DNA of 64,000 bases from the human T2T-CHM13v2.0 reference genome, Homo sapiens. The stretch lies in assembly GCF_009914755.1 (NCBI RefSeq), contig NC_060947.1; one strand, 5' to 3'. Every line of letters starts with the position of its first letter. The stretch's first letter is position 1. The notes beneath the pieces were generated by a model. It was not told the DNA's origin, searched no databases, and saw nothing but the letters and a program-made list of their open reading frames with translations. This document shows, piece after piece, positions 1-16,512 of the stretch. Both the position numbers and the translations under genes were made by a program.

Positions 1-1062
1 ACTCCCACCTGAAGTGTATAAAGTTTCACTTTTCGCCACAACCTCACCAGCATCTGTTATTTTTTGACTTTTTAATAATTAGCCTTTCTAACTGGTGTGA
101 GATGGTATCTGATTATGGTTTTGATTTGCATTTGTCTAATGATCAGCGATATTGAGCTTTTCTTCATATGCTTGTTGGCCGCATATGTTTTCTTTTGAGA
201 AATGTCTGTTCATGTACTTTGCCCACTTTTTAATGGGGTTGTTTGTCTCTTGTAAATTTGTTTTAGTTCCTTATAGATGCTGGATATTTGACCTTTGTCA
301 TATGCATAGTTTGAAAATATTTTCTCCCATTCTGTAGGTTGTCTGTTTACTATGTGGATAATTTTTTTGTTTATTTTGCTGTGAAGAAGCTCTTAAGTTT
401 AATTAGATCCCATTGGTCAATTTTTGCTTTTATTGCCTTTGCTTTTGGTGTCCTTGTCATGAAATCTTTGCCCATTCCTATGTCCAGATAGTATTGCCTA
501 GGTTGTCTTCCAGGGTTTTTAGTCTTTTGGGTTTTACATTTAAGTCTTTAATCTGTCTTGAGTTAATTTTTGTATATGATATAAGGAAGGGGTCCCGCTT
601 CAATCTTCAGCATATGGCTAGTCAATTATCCCAGTACCATTTATTAAACAGGGACTCTTTTCCCCATTGATTGTTTTTGTCAGCTTTGTCAAAGATCAGA
701 TGGTTATAGATGTATGACCTTTTTTCTGGGCCCTCTATTCAGTTCCCTTGGTCTATATGACTGTTTTTGTACCAGTACCATGCTGTTTTGGTTACTGTGG
801 CACTGTAGGATAGCTTAAAGTCAGGTAACATGATTCCTCCAGCTTTACTCTTTTTGCTTAAGATTGCCTTGGCTATTCAGGCTCCTTTTCATCTCCATAT
901 AAATTTTAAAATAGTTTTTTCCAGTTCTGTCAAGAGTGTCATTGGTAGTTTGATAGGTATAGCATTGAATCTGTAAATTGCTTTGGGCAGTTCAGCCATT
1001 TTAATAATATTGATTCTTCCTATCCATGAGCATTGAATGTTTTTCTATTTGTTTGTGTCTTT
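1..1062 (-). mobile_element. L1 ORF2 3' region, antisense (L1PB/L1MA-type), continues off the left edge
   Basis: Typical antisense L1 text (ggtgtgagatggtatct, ccagtaccatgctgttttggttactgt, gcattgaatctgtaaattgctttgggcag, ttcttcctatccatgagcat). Confidence 0.9.
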
Positions 1063-1064
1063 TG

Positions 1065-1213
1065 CAGAGTAGGCTCAGAGACTCCAGTGCAGCCACATGG
1101 TGGAGGAAGATTTATGCATAGAAAAATCAAAGTGACATTAAAAAAACAGAAATGAGGTACAGAAACAGTTGGATTAGTTACAGCTTGGCATTTGCCCTAT
1201 TTGAACACAGTTT
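1065..1213 (-). mobile_element. Inverted fragment of a MER57-type LTR
   Basis: The reverse complement (tatgcataaatcttcctccaccatgtggctgcactggagtctctgagcctactct; tgttcaaatagggcaaatgccaagctgtaactaatcc) matches the + strand LTR at about 6345-6490. Confidence 0.8.
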
Positions 1214-2516
1214 TACACAAAATTACAACTATAAAGGAAATCTCTGTTTTTAAAGATGTCTGCCGATGTACACTAGCAACCCTTACCATTCTTTTAAATT
1301 TATATGTGTCATACTTTGTTTAACATGTTTTTCTGGCCATCTTGTCTTGAGTACATTTTTACTTGAGCAGCTTTTTCTCCCTTGGTTTGAGCAAGTAGAA
1401 TACTTAAGCCTAAAATCTAAGTCCTATGATTATAAAATATAATTTTGTTTTGTTCCAACTAAGAGTTGTCTCTTTAGAAATGCAAATTTGTTGCCTTGTT
1501 AACAATTGCTTAGGGTAATGAAACAGGTAATTAGAAGACTGATAGACCAAATGAAAAAAAAAAGAAAAACTATTTAAAAGCCAGCAAATTGAAATCCTTT
1601 ATGAGAACTATAAGATCTGCCACTGTGTGTTTGTATATCTATATGTGTTTGTGATATTTGGTAAATAAAGCTAGTTTTTAAATTGTTGGTAAAACAGAAA
1701 TGACTTACAAATTATCAGGTAAATATCGTTAGATGCTTGCTTGATTTGACCGTGAGCATATGTCTTTGGTTTAGAGTCTCTGGATTCACGGGTCTGGATA
1801 GGTGGCCATGATGACGTCTGGAGATTTGTTCTAAGTGCCGAGACCAGAAGCTACAAGCCAAAATTAAGCCCAACATGGTCCCTTCTACCTCTGCTTTTCC
1901 TGTTTTGCCTCCTGGCTATTTTCGGAGGAGTTGGATCTTTCAGGTACAGTCTTCACAGCTCTGTCTTCTGTTCATAGTTCTGCTGGGTGTCATGTGACTA
2001 CTTGGGACCTAGAATGACTGGGGGAAGGCATTAGTGAGGCAACCTGTGTCATAGTTTCAAAATTCTTTTCAGTAATTTAAAATTTTCGAGTCATGTTATG
2101 TTAAATTAAATAATAGATAATCATAAAATGTCTGAGTTATCTGTAAGTTAAGATACTGAAATATTAAATATGAGTTTAAGTCTATATACCTTGACATGTT
2201 ATTTTTATATAATATAGATAAGCTAAATATATTTAGACCTGTTAATAAACATTTTGAAGAACTATCTTTCTAAAAATTATAAAATGGTTTTTAGCTACAA
2301 GTTGTGATAAAAAACAGTTCAAAATTACTTTCTATAATTAGAAAGTAATTAGTATTTCTAAGAAACCCTTGAAATTGGGGTTACTAAGAGTTAAAAAATA
2401 CTACATATGAGAGAAACATCTCTGTATACAGAGTGTATAAACAAAAGCAAGATATGCATTTGATGAGGAAAATTATGAAGACATAAAAGTGTGTGTTAAA
2501 AATGTTGTCTGGTTTG

Positions 2517-2848
<332 letters not shown>

Positions 2849-4196
2849 CTACACCAAGATGAATACAGAAAATTGGGGAAAAAGTAAAGCAAAATATTTA
2901 TGGAAACTTTTTGTGCTTAAAAGATGACAGATTTGATAAATTTATTTCTAAGGTTTTATTAAAATTAACTTTAGTATTGATAATACACTGATAAAAACTA
3001 AAATTTTGTTTACTCTTTTGAACAAAAATTGTGTGTAGTTTAATAAGACAGTAAAATATTTTTGTTCACCTTTTAAGTAAACTGTAAAAAGGAAAAAAGA
3101 GACAAAAGAAAAGACAGATTGTTTCATGCTGTCTTAGGTCTTTTGATTGTTTTGAAAACTGAGTCTTTTTTATCAAAGAGTAGAAGGTTATTGTTTTCAA
3201 AAATCTTATATTTATCACCTTGGTTAAATGAATGACTGTTGTTTTATGGTGACCTGTGATCCTATTTTGGTCAAGTGTTTTAAACCTTTGACATATCTGA
3301 CAGGTTTCCCAAAATCTAATTTCAGCTTCAAAATTAAGTATTTTTGACTTCCAACTTTGGGATGCTATGGAGCACCCCTGAAGCATCCAAAAGAGACATT
3401 AACAAAATTATTTTACGTGTTAAGTTACATAAGAAGCATTGTCAAATAAGAAATGATGATTAACCTTCTTCAAGATAAATGTTATTAACATATGTTACAA
3501 AATTGTATGGGATTTCTAAAGTTCTAATTTGTCTGAGTACATGTTATTGATCATAATTATGTTTATTATGTTAAGTTATTGTAGGCCATAGAAATAATCA
3601 AATTTCCTTGTCAATTTTGTCCTTAACTATGACTGTTGAAAGTTATTTTCACAGTTAATTGCTTAAATCTGATGCAGTTTATGAAAACTTCACAAGCACA
3701 AAAAATCCTAGAATATAGTATCTTTAAGGAGGTTCATGAAAGAATGTAAAGGATTCTGAGACGCATTCTTGAATAAAGGTTTGTAATAACTTTAGAATCA
3801 TATAATTTGAACTGGATAAGAATTCTTGGAACTTTAGTAAAGTGACTGACTGGTTTATAAAACTGCTAATGCAAGCAAGACAAAAATTGAATACCAAGAA
3901 AATACTTTGCCAGATTTTCATGCTAAATCATCCAGTACTGAAGTTCTTTAGATACACAATTTGAATTAATTCCGTGGTATAAATCAAATTTCCTATGATA
4001 ACCTATTAGTTATCAGTGCTATTCACCTAAATTGGAGAAACAACTGGTATTCAAAAAGACATAAGTCCAGTGTTAAGCATAAACTCTTGGAGAACCACGA
4101 CAGCTGCCTTGTTTTTACTCACTCCTTAAAGATTTCCTTATTAAGAGTTCTGCATTCTAATGCTCGTCTTGGAAACCACAAAATGATCCAAATTAA

Positions 4197-4252
<56 letters not shown>
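4197..4252. repeat. (TA)n(TG)n microsatellite
   Basis: Directly visible. Confidence 0.97.
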
Positions 4253-4253
<1 letters not shown>

Positions 4254-5059
4254 GTGACTTCTACATTGCTGAAATAGTTTATGACCAACTTTGGTTTTTC
4301 AAACCCATATTCCTAGGAAGACAATCAAAACTTCAGGTACATTTCACTACCCGATGGGCCGTTTAAATGTTTATAGAGGGGTTTCATCTAACTGTCAATT
4401 TTTAATGCATGTTTTCTGGTTGTATAAAAGCTTTCCTATGCAAGAGAGCTGATGTTAGAATAGTAGATCATTATGTCACAGTTTATTTTCACCAGATAAA
4501 GAAAACTTTTCATGGTTCACTGACTAAGGACAATCAACCCCTTCACAATCTAGAACCCAATGATTGGATTTCTGGAAACATCAGAGAAAGACTGTCCTGC
4601 CATCTACTCTGTAGCAAAACTTTGGGACCTCAAACCTTGGGTTTATAATCTCACAACTCAGAAGAGTCCTTCCACACTCTTGGAACTGTACACCCATTGG
4701 AATCCTTAAGGTGAAGCTAACCAGTGAGGTTTCTCCCCAGAAGAAGATGGCATCCTTGATGGGGACAGCTTTTTCTCAAGATTAGAGATTGAGACTTCTC
4801 TACTATCATGAGACTCTTATCTTTCATTTTTTTCCCTTGCTTATGCCTCTTTGAACAATAGAAAAAGAAAAACAGGTTTTCTGTGTGCACTCACAGGGTT
4901 TACTTTTATTTGTGAAGGATTTTCGAGCCAGCCTTATACATGAATAACTTTATGCCTTGACAGATGAAAGTTGAAGGTCCAATGTATGTGAGCAAGTTTA
5001 ATGTTACATACATTGCCTCATAATCAGTCAGAAACAGAATGTTGCTCCACTCTTCTTAA

Positions 5060-5560
5060 CCTACATTATGCATCAAAGAAAACATTGCCAGAAGGTCTTC
5101 ACTCTTCTAGAAGGGCTTCATTTTTTAGATTATTTTATCCATTGTTTGGAGTAAATGAGGCAATGATTAGAAATTTACCCCTCGTGATAGGTTCTAGAGA
5201 AGATGCTACCTTAAAGAAAACATTCTCTTATGAATGTGATGCTAAATAATAGAATTGCTCTAGATTACTTACTGGCTAAACAGGGAAGTATCTGTGCAGC
5301 TCCTGGCACATCTTATTGCCCATGGAGAAATGCATCACATTGGGTATTATAGAGATTCAGTTGTAAGGGATTAACAAAGAGACTCCTTAGTTAAAGTGAG
5401 TAGACTCCTTATCTAACTTATTCTTTGATCTATCTGATTTTAGTTGGTTTAGTTTATGGGGACCCTGGCTAAGGAGCATACTCCAAACTCTTGGTATTAT
5501 CCTCATGATAGTCATAATATTCATCTCCCTGGTGCAGTGTATTCTCTCAAAAGCTTGAAA
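5060..5560 (+). pseudogene. ERV env transmembrane-subunit remnant
   Basis: The frame from 5221 reads HSLMNVMLNNRIALDYLLAKQGSICAAPGTSYCPW (immunosuppressive domain plus degenerate CX6CC). Upstream is a fusion-peptide-like ASFFRLFYPLFGV. A shifted frame downstream reads WGPWLRSILQTLGIILMIVIIFISLVQCIL (TM anchor). Frameshifts and stops are present. Confidence 0.85.
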
Positions 5561-6179
5561 TGTTTGCATGAAGTCATTTTTAGAACCATAAAGTTGAAGA
5601 GAGTGGAAAGAGATTCCACTCTCTTCAAGTGGAATGACAAGAGCTGAAAGAAATGTGTGACTATGAGGGCACTGTAATGTATGAATAATGTGTTAAGATC
5701 AGAAACCCAAAATGATAGTAACTGAGAGTGGGCCTAAGGCTCTAAGTTTTGGTCATGCTCTCACCTAAGTGAGAATGTGACCAAAAGGGGGAGTTTTTAA
5801 ACATATTATGAGAGGACATTGTTATGGACTGAGCTCATGCACTAGGCCCCACAGATCAGACCAAACCAAAATGGAGTCACTTATACTAAATGTGACATAA
5901 TCAAATTCAGACTTTAAGGAAACACATAAATCCTAAAACAGACTAGGTTTTGTTTTTCTTCTATAAACAGGACATTCCATCATAAAGAGGTATCCTCTAC
6001 TCTAATACTTACAAAAGAAATAACCTCATGTCCTTGTCCTCACCTTATAAAACCCACTGTATGCTATTTCCCAGTGGGTTTCAAGACCAAATAAGTACTT
6101 TTATGATGGTGATAGTAACATCAATGGTTAAAGTTTTGGTCAATCTCTCAAAATTGAGAGGATGAACAAAAGGAGGGAA

Positions 6180-6581
6180 TTTTAAAATGAAGTTTAGTCT
6201 AAAGCTGCCTGCTAACATATATTAAGGTCGGCCTAATAATTTCTCTGTACGTCATCAACTACAAGCTAAATGAAGTTGTAAACAAAGGGCGGCCTACTCT
6301 CATGGCAATTACTGTATTGTGGCCAATCAAAGGTGGCCAGCTGTTCAAACAATGTTCAAATAAGGCAAACCCCTAGCCATAACCAATCAACTCTTTCTGT
6401 ACCTTACTTCCATCTTTGGTACCTCACTTTGCTTTGTCTATGCATAAATTTTCTTCCACTATATAGCTGTGTTGGAATCACTGAGCCTGTTGTGGCTCCA
6501 GAGGCTGACCAATTTGCAAATCATTCCTTGCTCAATTAAACTCTGTTAGACGTAATTCAGCTAATTTTTTTTCTTCTAACA
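6180..6581 (+). mobile_element. MER57-type 3' LTR
   Basis: aagtttagtctaaagctgcc...ggccaatcaaaggtggccagctgttcaaac...gctcaattaaactctgtt...ttctaaca. It follows the PPT aacaaaaggagggaa. Confidence 0.85.
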
Positions 6582-7269
6582 GAAATGAGCTTTATCATTG
6601 TCTGCCTATAGCAGTTACTAAATTTATTTGTCTTCTATCTCCAAATCCTCCTCTAATCGAGATTAAACACCGGTGCATTTGACCCCATTGTGAATGGCAA
6701 AAAGAAATTAGCATAAGGAATGCACACTTAAAAGAAAATTTTATAACTGATTAATTACTAAAGAAGAGTCTCATAACTAAAAGAAGCTAATCAGAGGCTT
6801 AGATTGGAGTAGTCAAAGATACCACTTATACTTGCTGTATGTTCCACTGTTTGATCACTTTTTTTTTCACTCAGTTTTCTTTGTACCTCCTTTAATGGCA
6901 CCACATTATAGGGAAAATCTTCCTTGCTCACTTTTTGAACATAAAATAGAATTGTTCTAAATTTAGATTTCCCTCAGATCTCTGATCTGTCTAGATTTGC
7001 AGTCTATATAAAATAAGACCCATCCCCAGCTTTTTACACCAGAGGTAAATTATAAAGAAATAAAAAATGACCTAGCATCTCTGGTGCATTGATATTTTTC
7101 ATCTTTCATCATTATTCTGCTTCGAATAGCTTATGTTTGAAGAACATTAAACATCTTCAATATCCTCTGATTTTATAATATTTCTTACATTCCTGAGAGG
7201 AGGACTTATCAGAAACATGACAAAATCACATGCAATTTTTTGTTATTTTTCTGTTTAGTAACCTTCCTT

Positions 7270-7480
7270 TACATTTGCAAAATAGTTTATAATTCAGAAA
7301 GCACTATCCTGTACTACCTTTTTTTTTTTTTTTACTTTCACAGCAATTCTGTAAATTATTAAGGGCAAGTATTGTCATCTTTCATCATTTAAAAGAAACT
7401 AACCTCAGAAAACTTTGAATATTCTGCTTTAGGTGAAAATGCTAATACACAGTAGAGCACAGAGTAGAAACAAATTCTAT
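7270..7480 (-). mobile_element. MIR-like SINE remnant
   Basis: tcacagcaattctgt...gtattgtcatc...aagaaactaacctcaga resembles the MIR core. Confidence 0.45.
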
Positions 7481-7999
7481 ATGAAAGTTCAAACTGAACA
7501 CATATACTGATGCATAAAATACACCCAGAGTACAATCCCAGTCAATGAAACTAATAAATATTATTCAATTTCTAGGTCAGAGCAACATCAAAATCCCCTA
7601 AAACTCAATTTATTGTTGATCCTGAGCAGTCTTTTCCTCTTTGTTTTTTTCGCCTCAAGTAAAATGCGCCCTTTTCTGGATTTCAGAGAACTCTTTAATT
7701 GAAGTAGGATAAAGCGTATTCTTCATTATACACTCAGAAAGCCCGGCAACATTCAAACTCCTATCAGCAGACAATCTCTAAGACTGCAGGAAACCCTGCT
7801 ACACTGTAGTTTGCTAAAATAAAGTGTTTTACTATCGAGTATTATTTTATTAATGCCATGGTCCTCTTTTGGTCAAGGCTATGGATTAGGATCTTGGGCA
7901 GATAACAAATTCCTACATACTACTGTGAGATTTTATTTGACTTATCCAAATCTCATGAATAATGATCTACCAATATGCTATGAGCTCACAAAGAAAGAA

Positions 8000-8760
8000 G
8001 GGCTTGAAAATGTATGTTCTTAGAAGAAGCTGGAACTAGAAATGTAAAAAATGCTAGACAACATTATCATGAAAGCTATGAGTAAGATGGAGCCAAAGTG
8101 AATGACTGGATTTAAAGATTTCTATGTTCTGTGTATTTTCAGTACTAATAAGCTTTAGACTTTTCTAATGTAAGTATGAATTATAAAAACTAAGGATAAA
8201 ACAAAACCTTATCACCACCACAACCACAACAGAAAAGATAAGGGTAACCTCTGCACATTCAGAAATAGACTGACTAACCTCAAAATCAGTACTGAGGAAA
8301 ATGCAGAAGTAAAAAAAAGTCTCATAAACTCAGTAGAAGGCTAGAGAGGAAAAAAAAACCATAATAATTAAAAATAAAATAAAATTTAGAAACAAGTTAG
8401 GATTCATCAATAATCACATTAAATGCAAAAGTTTAAACCATCTACTGCATGACAGTGACTATCAGATGAGAGGAAAGTTTATTTATATTCTTCTTAAAAG
8501 AGATACATTTAAAGCAAATTCATACAGAATGGTTAAAAAGGTTGGAAGAAAATACATTCTAAGCAAAGTATAACCAAAGAAAGGAAGTGTGGCATTATTA
8601 ATTTCAAAAAGAACAGAAAATCAAAATGCATTCAGAACAGAAAATCAAAAGGCATTATTAGGGATACAGAGGGACACTGCCAAAAAGATGACAGTCATAA
8701 ACTAGTATGTACCTAATAATATAGCTTTGAATTATATAAGCCAATATTAGGATTATTAGT
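8000..8760 (+). mobile_element. Old L1M fragment (ORF1 end, then ORF2 endonuclease start)
   Basis: atcaataatcacattaaatgcaaa (ORF2 start) and gtatgtacctaataatatagc (YAPN-motif region), highly diverged. Confidence 0.6.
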
Positions 8761-8762
8761 AT

Positions 8763-11880
<3,118 letters not shown>

Positions 11881-13408
11881 AGAGAGGGGTGGGGGAAGAT
11901 GGTGGAGTAGGAATCTCCAGCGATTATCTCCCCTTCCGCCATAGAAACATTAATTTGAACAACTATCCATGCATGAAGAAGTTTTCACAAGAGCTAAGAA
12001 AACCAGATGAGACGTTACGGTACCTGGTTTTAGCATAATAATTAGAATAGACAAATTGAAGAGGGCAGAAAGGACCATTTAAGTTTTGCATCACCTGTTC
12101 CCCAACCTCAGGCAGTTCAGTTTGTAGAGAAATACCATCTACTTGAGGAAAAGGAGGGAAGCAAGCATAGGACTTTGCATTAGAATCCAGTACTGGGCCC
12201 ACTACAGTAAAGCCCAGCACTGGGCTAGACCCCTCTGCTCCTGGCACCAGGCCAATATACATGAACAAAACCTCTAGACCTGCCCCAACATGAGACAAAA
12301 TCCTGTGGTCCCAGGGCCAGATGGGAACCTGTGGCCCTGGTAAGGCAAACTTGAGATCTGACCCACATGACCACCAGCTGACTGCAACAGCCTCAGACCC
12401 TGAATAAACCTCGGTGGTGGGCAGACTATAGCAGCTGTGGGTCTTGGGCACACTCCAGTGCTGTGCTGGTCTTGGCAGCCACGGTTTCTGGTGTGACTCA
12501 GCACTGTGTCAGCCTCAGCAGCCAAATATTATGGACCCAGCAATTCTAGGCTTTCGGGCACCTCAGGGAACTGCAACTGCTGAAATCGTAATGGATTTAA
12601 GGATATCACCAGTCAACCTACATTGAATCACTGGACAAACCTGCTGCGGAAGAAAGTTACCAAACAAAGCCAGGCTGCAAACACTGGATTAGGTAAGAAT
12701 ATCGACATGCAGACATTGACACATGGCCACAAGCATCAAGATCAATAAAAAAAACATGATGACAGCAAATGGACAAAATAAAGCTCCAGTGATGCTCAAT
12801 GGATTAAAGACTTAAACATAAGACATGAAACTATGAAACAACTAGAAGAAAACAGGAAAAAGCAATTTTTTTTTTGGATATGACCTCTAGAACACAGACA
12901 ACAAAGGCAAAAATAAACAAGTGAGACTAGATCAAACTAAAAAGCTCTGCACAGCAAAGGAAACAATCAATGGAGTGAAGAGACAACCTAAAGAATGGGA
13001 GAAAATATTTGCAAACTTTGCATCTGACAAGTGGTTAATATCCAATATATATAAGAAACTCAGATAACTCAGCAAAAAGAAAACAAGTAACCTGATTAAA
13101 AAATAAGCAAAGTGTTTGGATAGCGATTTCTCCATAAAAGGAATACAAATGGCCAACAGGTATATGAAAAAAAGAATCAAAATCACTAATCATCAAAGAA
13201 ACACAAATAAAAACCACAGAGAGATACCATCTTATACCAGTTGAAATGGCTATTATCAAAAAGATGGATAACATAAAGATGTAAAATAAAGTGAGACGTT
13301 GTACACGGTTGGTGGAAATGTAAGTTGGTACAACCATTATGGAAAGCATTATGGAGATTAGTCAAAAAATTAAAAATAGAGCTGTCATATATCCAGCAAT
13401 TCCACTTC

Positions 13409-13475
<67 letters not shown>
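13409..13475. repeat. (TG)n(TA)n microsatellite arisen inside L1 (at the ctgggtatat motif)
   Basis: Directly visible. Confidence 0.97.
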
Positions 13476-13478
<3 letters not shown>

Positions 13479-13707
13479 CAAAAGAAATGACATTAGTATA
13501 TTGAACATATATCTTCATTTCTATATTTATTCCAGCATTATTCACTATATCCAAGATATGGAATCAACTTAGCTTTCCCTCAACAGATGGGGTATATTGA
13601 AAAATATATGGTATATTGATATGGTTTGGCTGTGTCCCCAACCAAATCCCATCTTGAATTGTAACTCCCACAATTCTCATGTATCATGAGAGGAAGCCAG
13701 TGGGAGA

Positions 13708-13718
13708 TGATTGAATTA
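13708..13718 (-). promoter_or_regulatory. DUX4 consensus site in the THE1 5' LTR
   Basis: tgattgaatta is the reverse complement of TAATTCAATCA, which matches TAAYYBAATCA. Confidence 0.6.
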
Positions 13719-14111
13719 TGGGTGCAGGTCTTTCCTCCTCTGTTCTAATGGTAGTAGGTTTCATGAGATCTGATGGTTATTATAAGGGGGAGTTTTCCTG
13801 CACAAGCTCTCTATTTTTTTTCCTGCTGCCATCCATGTAAGATGTGACTTGCTTCTCCTTGCCTTCTGCAATGATTATGAGGCTTCCCCAGCCACGTGGA
13901 ACTCTAAGTCCACTATAAACCTCTTTCTTTTGTAAGTTGCCCCATCCTGGGTATGTCTTTATCAGAAGCCTGGAAACAGACCAATACAGTAAATTGGTAC
14001 CAGGAGAGTGGTGCGCTGCTGAAAAGATACCTGAAAATATGGAAGTGACTGTGGAACTGGGTAACAGGCAGAGGTTGGAACAGTTTGGAGGGCTCAGAAG
14101 AAGACAAGAAA

Positions 14112-15391
14112 ATGTGGAAAAGTTTGGAACTTCCTAGAGACTTGTTAAATGGCTTTGACCAAAAGCCTGACAGTGATATGGACAATAAAGTCCAGAGCAA
14201 AGTGGTCTCAGATGGAAATGAGGAACTTGTTGGGAACTGCAGTAAAGGTGACTCTTGTTATGTTTTAGCAAAGAGAGTGGTGGCTTTTTGCCCCTGCCCT
14301 AGAGATTTGTGGAACTTTGAACTTGAAAGAGATGATTTAGGGTATCTGGCAGAAGAAATTTCTAAGCAGCAAAGCATTCAAGAGCTAACTTGGGTGATGT
14401 TAAAGGCATTCAGTTTTATAAGGGAAGCAGAGCATAAAAGTTCTGAAAATTTGCAGCCTGGCAATGTGATAGAAAAGAAAAACCAATTTTCTGAGGAGAA
14501 ATTTAAGCAGGCTGCAGAAATTTGCATAAGTAACAGGGAGCCTAATGTTAATCCCAAGGACAATGGGGAAAATGTCTCCAGGGCAAGTCAGAGGTCTTCA
14601 TGGCAGCCCCTCCCATCACAGGCCTGGAGGCCTAGGAGAAAATGGTTTATGGGCGAGGCCCAGGGTCCCCATGCTGTGTGCAGTCTAGGGACTTGGTGCC
14701 CTGCATCACAGAAACTCCAGTCATGACTAAAAGGGACCAAGGTACAGCTCAGGCTGTTTCTTCAGAGGGTGGAAGCCCCAAGCCTTGGCAGCTTTCATGT
14801 GGTGTTGATCCTGCAGGTTCACAGAAGTCAATAATTGAGGTTTGGGAATCTCCACTTAGATTTCAGAAGATGCATGGAAAGGTCTGGATGCCCAGGCAAC
14901 AGTTTGCTGCAGGGGCAAGGCTTGGGCCCTCATGGAGAAACTCTGCTAGGGCAGTGTAGATAAGAAATGTGGGGTCGGAGCCCCCATGCAGACTTCCTAC
15001 TGGGGCACCACCTAGTGGACCTGTGAGAAGAAGGCCACCGTCCTCCAGACCCCAGAATGGTAGATCCACTGACAGCTTGCACTGTGGGCCTGGAAAAGCT
15101 GCAGACACTCAATGCCAGCCTGTGAAAGCAGCCAGGAGGGAGGCCATACCCTGCAAAGCCACAGGGGCGGAGCTTCCAAAGACCATGGAAACCCACCTCT
15201 TGCATCAGTGTGATCTGGATGTGAGAATTGGAATCAAAGGAGATCATTTTGGAGCTTTAAGATTTGGCTGCCCCTCGGGATTTCAGACTTGCATGGGACC
15301 TGTAGCCCCTTTGTTTTGGACGATGTCTCCCATTTGGAATGGCTGTACTTATCCAATGCCTGTACTCCCATTGTATCTAGGAAGTAACTAG
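14112..15391 (+). pseudogene. THE1-int MaLR ORF, disrupted by one frameshift (about 14640) and one TAG (14957-14959)
   Basis: ORF-track pieces 14085-14726, 14642-14959 and 14969-15391 (the last two in the same frame) reconstruct MWKSLELPRDLLNGFDQ...PLYLGSN. Confidence 0.8.
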
Positions 15392-15659
15392 CTTGCTTTT
15401 GATTTTATAGGCTCATAGGCAGAAGGGACTTGCCTTGTTTCAGATGAGACGTTGGACTGTGAACTTTTGAGTTAATGCTGAAATGAGTTAAGACTCTGAA
15501 ATACTGTTGGGAAGGCACGATCAGTTTTGAAATGTGAGGACATGAGATTTGGGAAAGGATAGGGGCAGAATGATATGGTGGCTGTGTCCCCAACCAAATC
15601 GCATCTTGAGTTGTAACTCCCACATTTCCTATGTGTCGTGGGAGGAACCCGGTGGGAGG

Positions 15660-15670
15660 TGATTGAATTA
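15660..15670 (-). promoter_or_regulatory. DUX4 consensus site in the THE1 3' LTR
   Basis: tgattgaatta is the reverse complement of TAATTCAATCA. Confidence 0.6.
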
Positions 15671-16512
15671 TGGGGGCAGATCTTTCCTGTTCTTTTCTTA
15701 TAATAGTAAGTCTCACAAGATCTGATGGTTATTGTAAGGGGGAGTTTTCCTGCACAAGCTCTCTCAAGCTCTTTCTTTTTGCCTACTGCTATCAATGTAA
15801 GAAGTGACATGCTCCTCTTTGCCTCTCGCCATGATTATGAGGCTTCCACAGCCTTGTGGAACTGTAAGTCCATTATAAACCTCTTTCTTTTGTAAATTGC
15901 CCAATCACGGTTATGTCTTTATCAGCAGCATGAAAACAGACTAATACATATATACACATACAATAGAATATTATGCAGCCTTAAGAAAGGAAATGCTGTC
16001 ATTTGCAACAATGTGGATGAAACTGGAGGATATTATGCAAATATAATAAGCCAGACACAGAAAGACAAATACTGAATGATCTGACTTATGTGTGGGATCT
16101 AAAAAAGTTAAACTTATAGAAGCAGAGAGTAGAATGATGTTTGCTGGGGGTTGAGGGAGTGAAGAAATAGAGGGCTTTTGGTCAAAGGGTACAAAGGTTC
16201 AGTTATGCAGGATGAATAAGTTCTGGAGATTTAATGTACAGTATGGTGACTATAGTTAATAATACTGTGTTGTATACTAGATATTTGCCAGGAGAATAAA
16301 TCTTAAATTTTCAGACCATACATAGACACAAAGATGGTAAGATGGTAACTATGTGAGGTGATGGGTATGTTAATTAGCTTGATTGTGGTAATCATTTTCC
16401 AATGTGTATATATATCAAATCATCAGTTTGTACATTGTAAACAGGTACAATTTTCATTCATCTATTATCCCTAAATAAAGCTGAAAAATAAAAATAGAAA
16501 TGAGTAAATAAA

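Larger units (their letters stand above)
13617..15948 (+). mobile_element. Full-length THE1 (THE1B-like) MaLR provirus: 5' LTR 13617-13988, internal 13989-15570, 3' LTR 15571-15948
   Basis: Both LTRs start tgatatggt and end aataca. The internal region starts gtaaattggtacc. 5-bp TSD TATAT at 13612-13616 and 15949-15953. Confidence 0.96.
11881..16500 (+). mobile_element. L1MA-type element (5'UTR joined to the ORF2 3' end and 3'UTR), interrupted by THE1
   Basis: GC-richer 5'UTR starting ggaagatggtggagtagg. It jumps near 12795 to aatggattaaagacttaaac. The L1MA 3'UTR at 15949-16500 ends aataaagctgaaaaa. Confidence 0.7.

Noticed and set aside
11963-12525. 162-aa and 83-aa minus-strand ORFs
   Set aside because: They lie within an old L1 5'UTR. 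GC-richer composition explains the open frames, and there is no recognisable domain.
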